DNA from: a virus
Strand: one strand, 5' to 3'
Length of the DNA stretch: 64,000 nt
Virus record (IMG/VR): IMGVR_UViG_3300047378_000694
Span: 106,116 to 170,115 of that record
Part shown: positions 40,582 to 50,270 of the stretch, piece after piece
Numbering within the stretch: the stretch's first letter is position 1
How the letters are laid out: every line of letters begins with the position of its first letter
The notes under the pieces: model-generated
Told to the model about the DNA's origin: nothing
What the model saw: only the letters and a program-made list of their open reading frames with translations
Database searches by the model: none
Position numbers and translations under genes: made by a program

Positions 40582-41376
40582 CTATAAAGCTGAGTCTGTT
40601 TTAAAGACGTTTGTGTTTTGTGGCTGGGGAGGTTGGTTATTTTGAACTTCAACTAGAGGTAAATCAAAACCTGCAGGAATGTCCCAGTTTCTACGAATTT
40701 GATTTACATAAAGTCCTGATTGCCCAGCAGGGCGAAAAATAGCAAAGTTACTTAATTTGTAATTATTTGCCTGATTGCCACCAAATACTTTTATTTTGTT
40801 GTTTGCAGGATCTATACTGTGTACAAAACAGATATGCCCTTTACTAGAGTTTTCTCTACGTGTCATTACACACAAATCGTATTTTCTAATTTTTGTAAAA
40901 TCTCGCCAGTCAATAGATCTGCCATAACGCAAATAAGATTGACTACCTACTCCTGGAACATTGTGCTCTTGTCCTGCTTTCCAAAGTACCCAGGTAGCAA
41001 ATCCGCCGCACCAAGGATAATTGTTTCCGTCGTTTGGCATTGTTCCTCCTCCAGCAACTCCCCATGCTTCTGCAATCAATGGATTTGGAGGGGTTCCTTT
41101 TTCTGTCCAATCTAATTGCAAATTATCTTCTAACACAGCCTGAATACTTGCATATGCTGTTCCTGCAGGTGCTGGATTTGCAGGAGGTTGTACTGGAGTT
41201 ACTGCGCCGCCTACACTTGGATTAAAATCGCCGACACCAGATAAATCGTCAGGAGCACCTGGTTGAAACCCAGGTGTACTTGTACTAGCTGGTAAAAAAT
41301 ATCTATCTATTTCTGTTGGCTCTAACGCTCTTGCCGGTGATCCTACTTCGCTTGCTGGAATTACTATTTGACACAT
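40582..41376 (-). CDS. TIGR02594-type CHAP/NlpC-P60 peptidoglycan amidase/peptidase
   Basis: PWCGGFATW (Cys), KGHICF (His), FGGNQ; Pro-rich N-terminal linker. Confidence 0.75.
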   Translation of the reverse strand: MCQIVIPASEVGSPARALEPTEIDRYFLPASTSTPGFQPGAPDDLSGVGDFNPSVGGAVTPVQPPANPAPAGTAYASIQAVLEDNLQLDWTEKGTPPNPLIAEAWGVAGGGTMPNDGNNYPWCGGFATWVLWKAGQEHNVPGVGSQSYLRYGRSIDWRDFTKIRKYDLCVMTRRENSSKGHICFVHSIDPANNKIKVFGGNQANNYKLSNFAIFRPAGQSGLYVNQIRRNWDIPAGFDLPLVEVQNNQPPQPQNTNVFKTDSAL

Positions 41377-44357
41377 TATGCTGTAAACCTTCCGTTATTT
41401 GATACTGTTGCACGACCAAGGGCAACATACTCGTCTATTTTTGTTCCGTACCCGTCTGTGCCAACAGAATTTCCTTGTCTCCATTTTCTAGCATCATTTG
41501 GACCTTTTAGATGAGCTCCCATTAGTATTCCTGCAACTAAAGAAACACTGTCGCCATCTTTAATAGCACCGTTACTTTTGCAATATCTTAGATTTGCATT
41601 TGTATAAAGTATCATGGCTTTTTCTTGACAATCGTTTTTGTTTGCAAGCCAATCTTCAACATTATTAATTCCGTCTTTACCAGTGTAATTATTTGGATTC
41701 AATCTAAGTCCGGTGCCTCCGCCTCTTGCTGACATTTTTATGTAGCCGCCTTCTTTTAGAGCATATCCACCAAACTGATATTTGCCTGCAAAGCCAATAC
41801 TATTTGTACAATTATATTTTAATCCACTTTCTCTAAATCCTAATGCATTTAAATAGGCAACTGTTTCAGCTTCGTTGAGTCCGTTGATTGCACCTGCTGG
41901 AGCAGCACTTAGTGGTCCATCACTTGGTCCACTACATCCGTAAGAGCCACCTTCTGTGCCTGCTGCTGGATAATCCTGCTGCAAAGATGCGTTAGCTACA
42001 TCTGCTGATTGTTCTGAAATATCTTGAGTGCTAGATGCGCTGTTAGCTGTAGCACCACTTAACCCTGCTACTGTTTGAGCAACTGTATCGCCGTAGTAAA
42101 CTGCTGTGCTACGATATTTGTCTGCAATTTCTTGTGCTGCGTCTGGATCGATTATTAATGGATCTTCTTGAGTATATTTTGGATTTTCTACAATAGCACC
42201 AAGTTCTGTACCTGTAGCGTTTATAGCATTTCCAAGTATACGCAAATCGTTTTCTAACGGATGCCCAAATGCTGGATTAATATTTGGAGCGATAACAACT
42301 ACACGATAACCAGCAGCAGATAGGTTAGCATAACCTTCTCTAAGATTTTGTTTGGCTTTTTCAACATCTCCAATATCGCCTACGCCAACTTGTATAATTG
42401 CATACTGTCCTGATGTTGAGTTTGGAAATGCAGCCGGATCACTTGCTACACCAGCATTTGTATCAGCTTCTGCTGATGAACTAACTGCTGGAGTTTGAGA
42501 TCCTGTACCTACAGCGGCATATGTATCTGGTAGTACATTCTGCAAGAATGAATTAGTTTGTTGTTGACCGGCTCTTGTTCTATCTGGAGTGTATGCTGCT
42601 GGATTAATATTTTCATGTTGCGGCCACGGCTCGTGTTCTGGAATTCTTGCTGCAAGATTTGCTCTTACTGGTGGCACTGGAATAAACGGATTTGGTGCAG
42701 GAGGTAAGGTTGCTGGGCGAGACTCTATCGATACACCAGCTGTTGCTGCTGGACTTCCAGGTGAGTTTAAATGTATTTGCGCATCTGAAGATAATTGTAT
42801 GTTACCTTCAGCTTTTACACTTAGTACACCTTTTGCTTGTACATTGACTGTGTTTGCTATACTCGATATATCCATTGATTCTTGCGCAGTTACTTTAACT
42901 GCGGCAGCAGTACTATATAATTCTAGTGTATTTGCGGCTGTAATATATGTTTGTAATCCACTGCTAGAATGAGATTGTCCGTCAACTTGATTATAACTAT
43001 TACCAAGTGCTTTCATATGATAATCGCCGTCGGTTGAAACTTTTACAAAACTACAACCTTCAATACCAACACTTTCGGCACTACCTAGTGCTAAATGCTG
43101 CTGACTTACTACATCTAGAGATCCTTTACTTGTAACTGTAACTTTTGAATTACCATAAACTGCAACACCATCTTGTCCTGTTAAACTTACATTAGCTCCA
43201 GCATTTAATGATATTTCGTTTTGTGCCGATACACCATAACTACCACCTACATCAATTGCAAGGTCTTTGCCCGAACTAATATTCATATTTTCCATTGCTG
43301 TTAGATTTATATCTCTATCTGCGGTGAAGTTGATATCATTTTCACTGTGTACACTAACACTATCTTGCGCATACACATCAATTTTACCATTGCTGGACAT
43401 TTCTATCCAGCTAGAGCCTTTGCTGTTACTGATATAAATTAAATCTTCGGTGTTATGCAAAAGTATTTGATGTCCGGTGCGTGTTCTAATTCTAAACAAT
43501 TCGTTTGCTGGTCTAGTAACATCTCCAGTATCAGTTGTCTTTTCAATGTCTGCATATTCGAATGGCGTTGACTCAGGGTGACCTTTTCTTAAAAATTTAT
43601 CATCGCCGTCATCCATTACAATACTTGATCCGCCAAGTCTTGCTTTATAAAATTCTGTTTCGTTTTCACCGTGTTGATACAATGGAGCATTAGTACGTTT
43701 ATCAAACGGACCAGGCGTATTCATTCCAAATACTGTACTCGGAAGTTCTCTTCTTGCGCCACTAGTGGTTAGTCCTCTAACATCGTCGGTTATTAATCCT
43801 GCACGATTTAATCTTTCAACAAAATCTGTGTTTACAGGCTTTAAGAATTTTGTTGGTTGTGTTTCGCCATCAGGTGATGTAATGGCTTTGTTGTATTCAC
43901 CTACTGGTAATTTTTGTCCTAGATCATTTAGATAAGTTGAAGTACGCCCGTCTGGAACTGTAAAGTTTGTAAATGCATCAGGAACGCATGCCATCCAAAA
44001 ACCAAAGTCTTTTCTGCCTTCAACAACTAACACAATTACCTTTGTTCCAATGTCCGGAGGTACTGCCCAGAATCCATAACTCTGTTGTGAACTAGCAAAT
44101 GTATTATCCGATCCTGTTTGATGCAACGGAGTTTGTCCAGCAAAAGGACTTGCATATTGGCACTGTAAACTTTGTCCTATTTCATCCCAATCACTGCCAT
44201 TTGCGTTTGCTGTTAGCAACGAAACATTTAGTCCGCCCATAAATGTTTGATCAAGATGACCAATTACACGCCCAATGTAAATACCCGGATCAGCTGGACG
44301 TGCGGCGTTGTCACTTTTTCTTGTAAATTCACTGCGTATGTTTTGCGGTTCGGGCAT
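41376..44357 (-). CDS. gp5: Baseplate central spike, gp5-like (OB fold, beta-helix, C-terminal lysozyme/SLT-like domain)
   Basis: YASPFAG, SYGFWAVPPDIGT.V.V, RIRTRTGHQILLH, beta-helix repeats; C-terminal FRESG..Y...N..GFAGKYQFG...GAHLKG. Confidence 0.8.
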   Translation of the reverse strand: MPEPQNIRSEFTRKSDNAARPADPGIYIGRVIGHLDQTFMGGLNVSLLTANANGSDWDEIGQSLQCQYASPFAGQTPLHQTGSDNTFASSQQSYGFWAVPPDIGTKVIVLVVEGRKDFGFWMACVPDAFTNFTVPDGRTSTYLNDLGQKLPVGEYNKAITSPDGETQPTKFLKPVNTDFVERLNRAGLITDDVRGLTTSGARRELPSTVFGMNTPGPFDKRTNAPLYQHGENETEFYKARLGGSSIVMDDGDDKFLRKGHPESTPFEYADIEKTTDTGDVTRPANELFRIRTRTGHQILLHNTEDLIYISNSKGSSWIEMSSNGKIDVYAQDSVSVHSENDINFTADRDINLTAMENMNISSGKDLAIDVGGSYGVSAQNEISLNAGANVSLTGQDGVAVYGNSKVTVTSKGSLDVVSQQHLALGSAESVGIEGCSFVKVSTDGDYHMKALGNSYNQVDGQSHSSSGLQTYITAANTLELYSTAAAVKVTAQESMDISSIANTVNVQAKGVLSVKAEGNIQLSSDAQIHLNSPGSPAATAGVSIESRPATLPPAPNPFIPVPPVRANLAARIPEHEPWPQHENINPAAYTPDRTRAGQQQTNSFLQNVLPDTYAAVGTGSQTPAVSSSAEADTNAGVASDPAAFPNSTSGQYAIIQVGVGDIGDVEKAKQNLREGYANLSAAGYRVVVIAPNINPAFGHPLENDLRILGNAINATGTELGAIVENPKYTQEDPLIIDPDAAQEIADKYRSTAVYYGDTVAQTVAGLSGATANSASSTQDISEQSADVANASLQQDYPAAGTEGGSYGCSGPSDGPLSAAPAGAINGLNEAETVAYLNALGFRESGLKYNCTNSIGFAGKYQFGGYALKEGGYIKMSARGGGTGLRLNPNNYTGKDGINNVEDWLANKNDCQEKAMILYTNANLRYCKSNGAIKDGDSVSLVAGILMGAHLKGPNDARKWRQGNSVGTDGYGTKIDEYVALGRATVSNNGRFTA

Positions 44358-44359
44358 AT

Positions 44360-47101
44360 TTAAAATCCTAAGTTTCTTGTTATTCGACTTACTTCTGTAT
44401 TAAATTGATTAGCAGCAGTATTAATAGTGTTGCTGGCTTCATTAATATATCCAGGAATTTTTCCTGCACTTACACTACCAAGTAACTCTTGTTGTGCTGC
44501 TGCTAATGATGTATTTAATCCTTGCGAAAGTTGCTGTTGAGCTTGCTGAAGTGCGCTGCCTGATAGCCCTGAAAGCGATCCAAGTAATTGATTTGTTGCT
44601 GGATTGGTGCCAAGATTTTGAAATATTCCAGGTACTTGAGAAGTAATGGCGCCAATTGTAGTATTTAAGTTTGCTGCAATTGCATTGACTTGACTAAAAG
44701 CGCTGAAAACATTTTCAGCAAGGTTAGCTACTTCAGTTCCCGATAATATATTTTCAAAATTATTTAAGCCGTTTTGAGTAAAGCCAGTTAGTAATTGCTG
44801 CTGTGCTTGCTGTAACATATCTTGAGTTTGGTTACTAGCAGCAGATATTTGATTGTTAAGTTTTTGCATAACAAGATTTGGATTGCCAAGTTTAGTAGCT
44901 TGGACAACTGAAGTTGCTGCATTAACATCGTCGAGTGATTGATTTGGCATTCTCAATAGATTTAGTTGTTGTGTAAACATTCCATTTGAAAATTCATTTT
45001 TAAATGTCGTAACTTTGTACAATCCACTAAATGCACTAGCAGGATCAAGTGCTGTTAAATTACCAAAAAAGTCAACTGCTGTTTTAAAACTTATTAGTAC
45101 ATAAATTTCGCCTCTTGTAAAATCTAATTGTCCTTTGGTTGTGTACCCTGTTGCAGATGGATTAGGATGGTTATTTCCGATATCAACTTCAGTAAAATAA
45201 AAAGGATCTCCCCAAATTCTTAAATCTAGTGTAACATTATCAGTATCACTGTTTAATACCATTTTATTAAAATGATTTGCAATACGTACCTTTGCTGAGT
45301 CGTCGCTGCTGCCTCCTTCGGGTGCAGTAGTTCCGCTGCCTATTGCAACATTAGCTGATGCAATGGCGCCTGTTCCTTGAGGATTAGGTCCTGCGCCAAC
45401 TGACGGAATTCTTTGTGCAACTTCTTCAGTAACTACTGGATTTCCAGAATTATGCTGTGTATCTTGGCCACCTTGGCTACCAATACGTGACATTTCTTTA
45501 TAAAATGCATTATTAATGCTAAAATTAAAATCAATAATGTCAGTGTTTAATCCAGTATAGGTGTAATTGTAGTGCTTGACTGCATCTTTAATTTGTGGAG
45601 AATAACTCTGTGAACTTGATTGGTTAGACAAGCGACTAATGTGAATTTCATAAGGCGTAACAATATATTCAAATCGTGTTGCAGGCATACCTGTTTTTGC
45701 AATCATGCCAGTATCAATAATAGTGGTTTTTGAATGTATTTTAAACCATGTAATAGTATTTCCTCTAGCTCTTTGTAAAAATTCTGCTTTTGATTTCCCC
45801 CATTCACTACCAAGCAGCACACTTTCAATAATTTTTTCAATTTTTTGTCCTGTGCCAAACTGAAATTCTCTTTGATCTTGATCGTATGTCATTCCGGCTC
45901 TAGTTACAATTCGTGTTCCGTCATCTTTAACAGTTACAGTAGTGTTATCAAATGCTTTAAAAGGAATAGTTCCATAATCAAAAGCTGATGAAGTAATAAG
46001 AGACTGTCCCATTTCATTATCGTTGGTGTTAATAACTGTGTTAGCAGGACTACTTGTTAGATTAGTTATAGCAGACGCTCTATTACTAATTGCATTATTA
46101 ATTTGATTATTAATTGCTACGTCTTCTAAGGCAGTGTCTAACCCAAGTGTAGATTCTAATGCTGAAATTCTATTTTGATAAGTTTGATTAATTAAGTTTC
46201 TATCTGAAGCTATATTATCTTCAATAGTGTTAACTCTATCTCTAAGAGATTGTTCAAATGAGTTAGTTTGCGAACCAGCCCATATGCCGCCGCCACCTAT
46301 GCTTTGATCAAAAGCAGCTATTTCATAATCTGATGACAAGTTTGAAACTCCAGCTGCGCCTCTTGGTTGACTTCTTATAGAAATATCTTTTGGAAAATTA
46401 ATTTCGTATTGATGAGGAACATAATTTGAATCAGCTTCTGCCATGTCAGTTTGTATTTTATTTAGATAGGCTTCTAAACTATTTTCGCCCCAACTTAGTA
46501 CTTCACTTACACTTGCTCCTTGTAGTTTAGTTTCAGTTGGTATTTTTTCAACTTGATCAAAAAATGCTTGGTGGTTCCAAGGAATTGCTGTAACATGATA
46601 TGTTGATCCAGCGGCTGTAACATCAAAAGTTACGTTAACTAGACTTAATACTAGGTTAGTACTTGGTAATACTTGTGGATTGTTGTTGTCATCAAATCCT
46701 TTAAAAGTTCCTTGTAGTAAGAAAGGAGCATTAAGATAACTTACTCCTGTTCCAAGTGCTTGTTCAGCAGCAATACTCAGTGACTGGAAAAACAATCCGA
46801 CACTTTGCGGTTCAGTAACTGTAAATTCTATTTGAATAGCATTACTAAAGCTAGTGCCTGGATTAGGAGCAACTAGATATTCACTGATAACATTATCAAT
46901 AAAAAATTCGACATTAGTTTTGGTTGCATCTTCAATTAAAGTTGTAACTGGTTTATCTGGAAAGCCTCCAGATTTAATAATTGGAACTGCTGGACCGTTT
47001 TCGTAAGATTCAGGATAAGGCACTTGTTGAGGGCTTAATACTCCAAATACCCAATTGTAATTGTAAGTGGCAAGATTATTTAGAGTATTCTCTAATGTCA
47101 T
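44360..47101 (-). CDS. Baseplate hub protein (gp27-like / contractile-tail hub)
   Basis: N.L...ATYNY, FFIDNV, F.VTEP, K.YNY.YTG.NTDI, L.IWGDP.Y, FSGLYKV....N.FS.G.FTQ.L. Confidence 0.6.
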   Translation of the reverse strand: MTLENTLNNLATYNYNWVFGVLSPQQVPYPESYENGPAVPIIKSGGFPDKPVTTLIEDATKTNVEFFIDNVISEYLVAPNPGTSFSNAIQIEFTVTEPQSVGLFFQSLSIAAEQALGTGVSYLNAPFLLQGTFKGFDDNNNPQVLPSTNLVLSLVNVTFDVTAAGSTYHVTAIPWNHQAFFDQVEKIPTETKLQGASVSEVLSWGENSLEAYLNKIQTDMAEADSNYVPHQYEINFPKDISIRSQPRGAAGVSNLSSDYEIAAFDQSIGGGGIWAGSQTNSFEQSLRDRVNTIEDNIASDRNLINQTYQNRISALESTLGLDTALEDVAINNQINNAISNRASAITNLTSSPANTVINTNDNEMGQSLITSSAFDYGTIPFKAFDNTTVTVKDDGTRIVTRAGMTYDQDQREFQFGTGQKIEKIIESVLLGSEWGKSKAEFLQRARGNTITWFKIHSKTTIIDTGMIAKTGMPATRFEYIVTPYEIHISRLSNQSSSQSYSPQIKDAVKHYNYTYTGLNTDIIDFNFSINNAFYKEMSRIGSQGGQDTQHNSGNPVVTEEVAQRIPSVGAGPNPQGTGAIASANVAIGSGTTAPEGGSSDDSAKVRIANHFNKMVLNSDTDNVTLDLRIWGDPFYFTEVDIGNNHPNPSATGYTTKGQLDFTRGEIYVLISFKTAVDFFGNLTALDPASAFSGLYKVTTFKNEFSNGMFTQQLNLLRMPNQSLDDVNAATSVVQATKLGNPNLVMQKLNNQISAASNQTQDMLQQAQQQLLTGFTQNGLNNFENILSGTEVANLAENVFSAFSQVNAIAANLNTTIGAITSQVPGIFQNLGTNPATNQLLGSLSGLSGSALQQAQQQLSQGLNTSLAAAQQELLGSVSAGKIPGYINEASNTINTAANQFNTEVSRITRNLGF

Positions 47102-47401
47102 TTAAGCTCCAAGCACTGTGTCAAGTGTTGTTTTTTGTGGTAAACGAATAGTAGTTCCAGCAACAAAATCAAACACTGGATCTTTTATAGTATCTATATT
47201 TCTTACTGCAAATACCCACCATAATTTGGATGTACCGTATAGATCATACGAAAGCAAATCAGGTCTGTAAGTATATTGAGGTTGAATTGTGTATGTAACA
47301 TCATTGTCAAGTGCAGGAATATCTCTTTTTTGATAGATATCTAAATAATCACTTCTTAGTCTTGTTTCAGCATAAGGACTTGATGACGAATATTTAATCA
47401 T
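47102..47401 (-). CDS. gp53: Baseplate wedge protein, gp53-like (LysM-like)
   Basis: YRPDLLSYDLYGTSKLWWVFA.RN. Confidence 0.8.
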   Translation of the reverse strand: MIKYSSSSPYAETRLRSDYLDIYQKRDIPALDNDVTYTIQPQYTYRPDLLSYDLYGTSKLWWVFAVRNIDTIKDPVFDFVAGTTIRLPQKTTLDTVLGA

Positions 47402-48297
47402 TAAATAAACCCTCCTGGTTTTTTGTTGCCAATATATTCACCTTTTATAAACGATTCAAGATTAAAATCTTTTGTTGCTGTTCTGCTGTATGCTGGCGAC
47501 ACTGTTACGTTTAGTGTACTCAAAGTTGGCACATAACAATAATCACCAGAGGCAACAAGATTAGGATCTCCAAATGAATCAAAAGAATTTTTGTTAATTG
47601 GTACTTGGATATAATCAACTGCATTTGGCAAATCAAGGTTAAACATTTTAACAATTATTGGAGTTTCGTCAAATATAAAATTACCATATCCACTTAATGC
47701 AACACGAGGAGGTGGATGCCCTTGTAACGGTCCGTCGCCGTAAAACATTTTTGTAATACTGCGTAAAAAATGCACTGCGGCAATCCAATACTGCCCATCT
47801 GATTCATTTTCTACAGGAAATTCTGCACTAATTGTAATATCTTCAATTCTACTTGATTCATAAACATGATAAGGATAGTTTGTATGTACAGGCTGCACTG
47901 TATCGTAGTTTGCCATGCTGGATAACAATATTTGCGGAGTTGTAGGAAAAACTAAACTTTGATTACTTGTTTGTAATGGAGCAAGTATTGGAGAATTTAC
48001 AAAATAATCTGGAGATGCAGGTAAATGTATTCGTACACGCCAATCTTGAGAATTATTATCTGAAGAAGCCGATAATTGTGCTGTTTGAGCAAAAGATTGT
48101 ACCGGAGTTGCTCCAAAATTTAAATCGCTTCCTAATCTACCCTGACTAATAAACTGAACAAAGTCAGAAGCATTGCCATTTGTAAATACCCGATTGATAT
48201 TTTGCACTGTATTAACAGCTCTTCCAATTGGAGTACTATTAAAACTGTTTCGTAAACTGTTTGTAACTGCACTTCCAATAACTTTAAATAAACTCAT
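47401..48297 (-). CDS. Tail-tube initiator / baseplate-tube junction protein (gp48/gp54-like); start probably 48297
   Basis: LVFPTTPQI, ANY....PVHTNYP, HFLRSITKMFYG, PPP...LSGYG; AGGAGA SD before 48297. Confidence 0.55.
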   Translation of the reverse strand: MSLFKVIGSAVTNSLRNSFNSTPIGRAVNTVQNINRVFTNGNASDFVQFISQGRLGSDLNFGATPVQSFAQTAQLSASSDNNSQDWRVRIHLPASPDYFVNSPILAPLQTSNQSLVFPTTPQILLSSMANYDTVQPVHTNYPYHVYESSRIEDITISAEFPVENESDGQYWIAAVHFLRSITKMFYGDGPLQGHPPPRVALSGYGNFIFDETPIIVKMFNLDLPNAVDYIQVPINKNSFDSFGDPNLVASGDYCYVPTLSTLNVTVSPAYSRTATKDFNLESFIKGEYIGNKKPGGFI

Positions 48298-48321
48298 GTG
48301 AATCTCCTGCATAGTATTTAG

Positions 48322-48350
48322 TTGACAAAATTAACTACGTGTATTATAAT
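48322..48350 (+). promoter_or_regulatory. Perfect sigma70 promoter for gp55, overlapped by a TAAATA late core at 48350-48355
   Basis: TTGACA (48322-27), 17 nt, TATAAT (48345-50). Confidence 0.85.
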
Positions 48351-48371
48351 AAATATAACATAGGAGAAAAC

Positions 48372-49202
48372 ATGGCAAGAAGAGTAAATTATCTTAACAA
48401 TAAAGATATGTTGGCAGAGATACATAAATCAAAAAATACATTTGCTAGTTACGTTGACCCAACAAATGCAGATTACGATATTATTCTGCCTAGTGTTGAC
48501 AAGATTAACATACGCACAATTGCAGAAGCAAAGCGTAATAAAGCAAAAAAACTAACAACTAGAAAATACGAAGCTGAAAAAGCAGCTGGCAAGAAAGTAA
48601 AGCAAGCTGACTGCGAGGTAAGCTATCAAAGTATTACAAAAGAAGAATTAATTTTTCGTGTAATGACGTTTGACCATATACCTGAAGAACCAGGACGTAA
48701 AAAGAATCCAAAAACTGTTGCAGATACAAAAACTAAACTGCCATTTCCGCCATATGTACATTATAAATTTGACAACGATGGAAATTTACAACTAGTTGGT
48801 AAATCACACTGGGAAGGTGGCATGGAGAACGGACACTTTTCAAAAGAACACGGCAAAGCAACAAATAAACTTGCTATGATGTGGATGAAACTTGTTGATC
48901 GCTATGCTACAAGAGGTAATGTTCGTGGTTACACCTACAACGACGAAATGAAAGGTCAAGCAATTCTACAACTTGCACAGATTGGCTTGCAATTTGACGA
49001 ATCAAAGAGTCAAAATCCTTTTGCTTACTACACAGCAGCCGTTACTAATAGCTTTGTGCGTGTTATCAACTTAGAAAAACGTAATCAGAACATTAGAGAC
49101 GATATTCTCGAGATGAACGACTTAAATCCTTCGCATACAAGGACACATTCTGGAGAATGGGAAGCTGCTCTTAAAAGAGAAGCAGAAGCAGCAAAAAAGT
49201 AA
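48372..49202 (+). CDS. gp55: Late-transcription sigma factor (start 48372; ORF track gives 48339)
   Basis: NYLNNKDML, N.RGYTY.DEM, FDESKSQNPFAYYT; AGGAG SD. Confidence 0.88.
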   Translation: MARRVNYLNNKDMLAEIHKSKNTFASYVDPTNADYDIILPSVDKINIRTIAEAKRNKAKKLTTRKYEAEKAAGKKVKQADCEVSYQSITKEELIFRVMTFDHIPEEPGRKKNPKTVADTKTKLPFPPYVHYKFDNDGNLQLVGKSHWEGGMENGHFSKEHGKATNKLAMMWMKLVDRYATRGNVRGYTYNDEMKGQAILQLAQIGLQFDESKSQNPFAYYTAAVTNSFVRVINLEKRNQNIRDDILEMNDLNPSHTRTHSGEWEAALKREAEAAKK

Positions 49203-49231
49203 TTGACAACTTAACTAAAATACCATATAAT
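49203..49231 (+). promoter_or_regulatory. Perfect sigma70 promoter for gp47-gp46
   Basis: TTGACA (49203-08), 17 nt, TATAAT (49226-31). Confidence 0.85.
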
Positions 49232-49256
49232 AGTATTCTATGATAGGAGTATTTCT

Positions 49257-50270
49257 TTGTTTAAAAAAGCTGCGGTCTTTACAGACATACACTTTGGATT
49301 AAAAGGCAATTCACGTGTTCACAACCAAGATTGTGAGGATTATGTGGATTGGTTTATCCAAACGGCCAAGGAACATGGGTGCGAGACTGCCTTGTTTACT
49401 GGTGATTGGAACCATAATCGCAATAGTTTAAATTTAACTACTATGGATGCTGGGCTTCGGTGTCTTGAGAAGATAGGTGCAGCATTTGATAAGTTTTATA
49501 TGTTTGCAGGTAACCACGATTTGTATTATAAAGATAAACGTGATGTAAAGTCAACTGAGTTTGCTCGACATATTCCTGGTGTTACTGTAATTGAAGACAT
49601 ACTTGTCGAGGATGATGTTGCATTGGTACCGTGGTTAGTAGGCGATGAGTGGAAAAAGATGAAAGACATCCAAGCAAAATACTTGTTTGGACACTTTGAA
49701 CTGCCTAGCTTCTATATGAATGCAATGGTACAGATGCCCGATCACGGAGAACTAAAGAGCGAGCATTTTGTAAATCAAGAGTATGTGTTTAGCGGACACT
49801 TCCACAAACGTCAAAAACAAGGTAAGGTGCATTACATTGGTAATGCATTCCCCCATAACTATGCCGATGCATGGGACGACGATCGCGGTATGATGATACT
49901 TGATAAAGAGAATGATGCAGAACCTGAATACATTAATTGGGTCGATTGCCCTAAGTACCGCACTATTAAGCTATCGCAACTGATTGATGAGAAAGATACA
50001 CTTCTCAAAAGCAGAATGTACCTAAGAGTTACACTTGATTTACCTGTAAGCTACGAAGAAGCAAGTTTTATCAAAGAAACATTTATAAACGATTACGATT
50101 GTAGAGAGATTACACTAATTCCTCACAAACAACTTGAAGAAATTAACACCGAACTTGATATTGCACAGTTTGAAAGTGTAGATCAAATTGTTTCAAACGA
50201 AATACTAGCAATTGACAGTGATAACTTTGACAAAGCAATGCTACTAGATATCTATAACGGATTAGAATGA
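49257..50270 (+). CDS. gp47: Recombination endonuclease subunit (Mre11/SbcD-like)
   Basis: DIHFG, GD, GNHD, GHFE, SGHFH metallophosphoesterase motifs. Confidence 0.92.
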   Translation: MFKKAAVFTDIHFGLKGNSRVHNQDCEDYVDWFIQTAKEHGCETALFTGDWNHNRNSLNLTTMDAGLRCLEKIGAAFDKFYMFAGNHDLYYKDKRDVKSTEFARHIPGVTVIEDILVEDDVALVPWLVGDEWKKMKDIQAKYLFGHFELPSFYMNAMVQMPDHGELKSEHFVNQEYVFSGHFHKRQKQGKVHYIGNAFPHNYADAWDDDRGMMILDKENDAEPEYINWVDCPKYRTIKLSQLIDEKDTLLKSRMYLRVTLDLPVSYEEASFIKETFINDYDCREITLIPHKQLEEINTELDIAQFESVDQIVSNEILAIDSDNFDKAMLLDIYNGLE

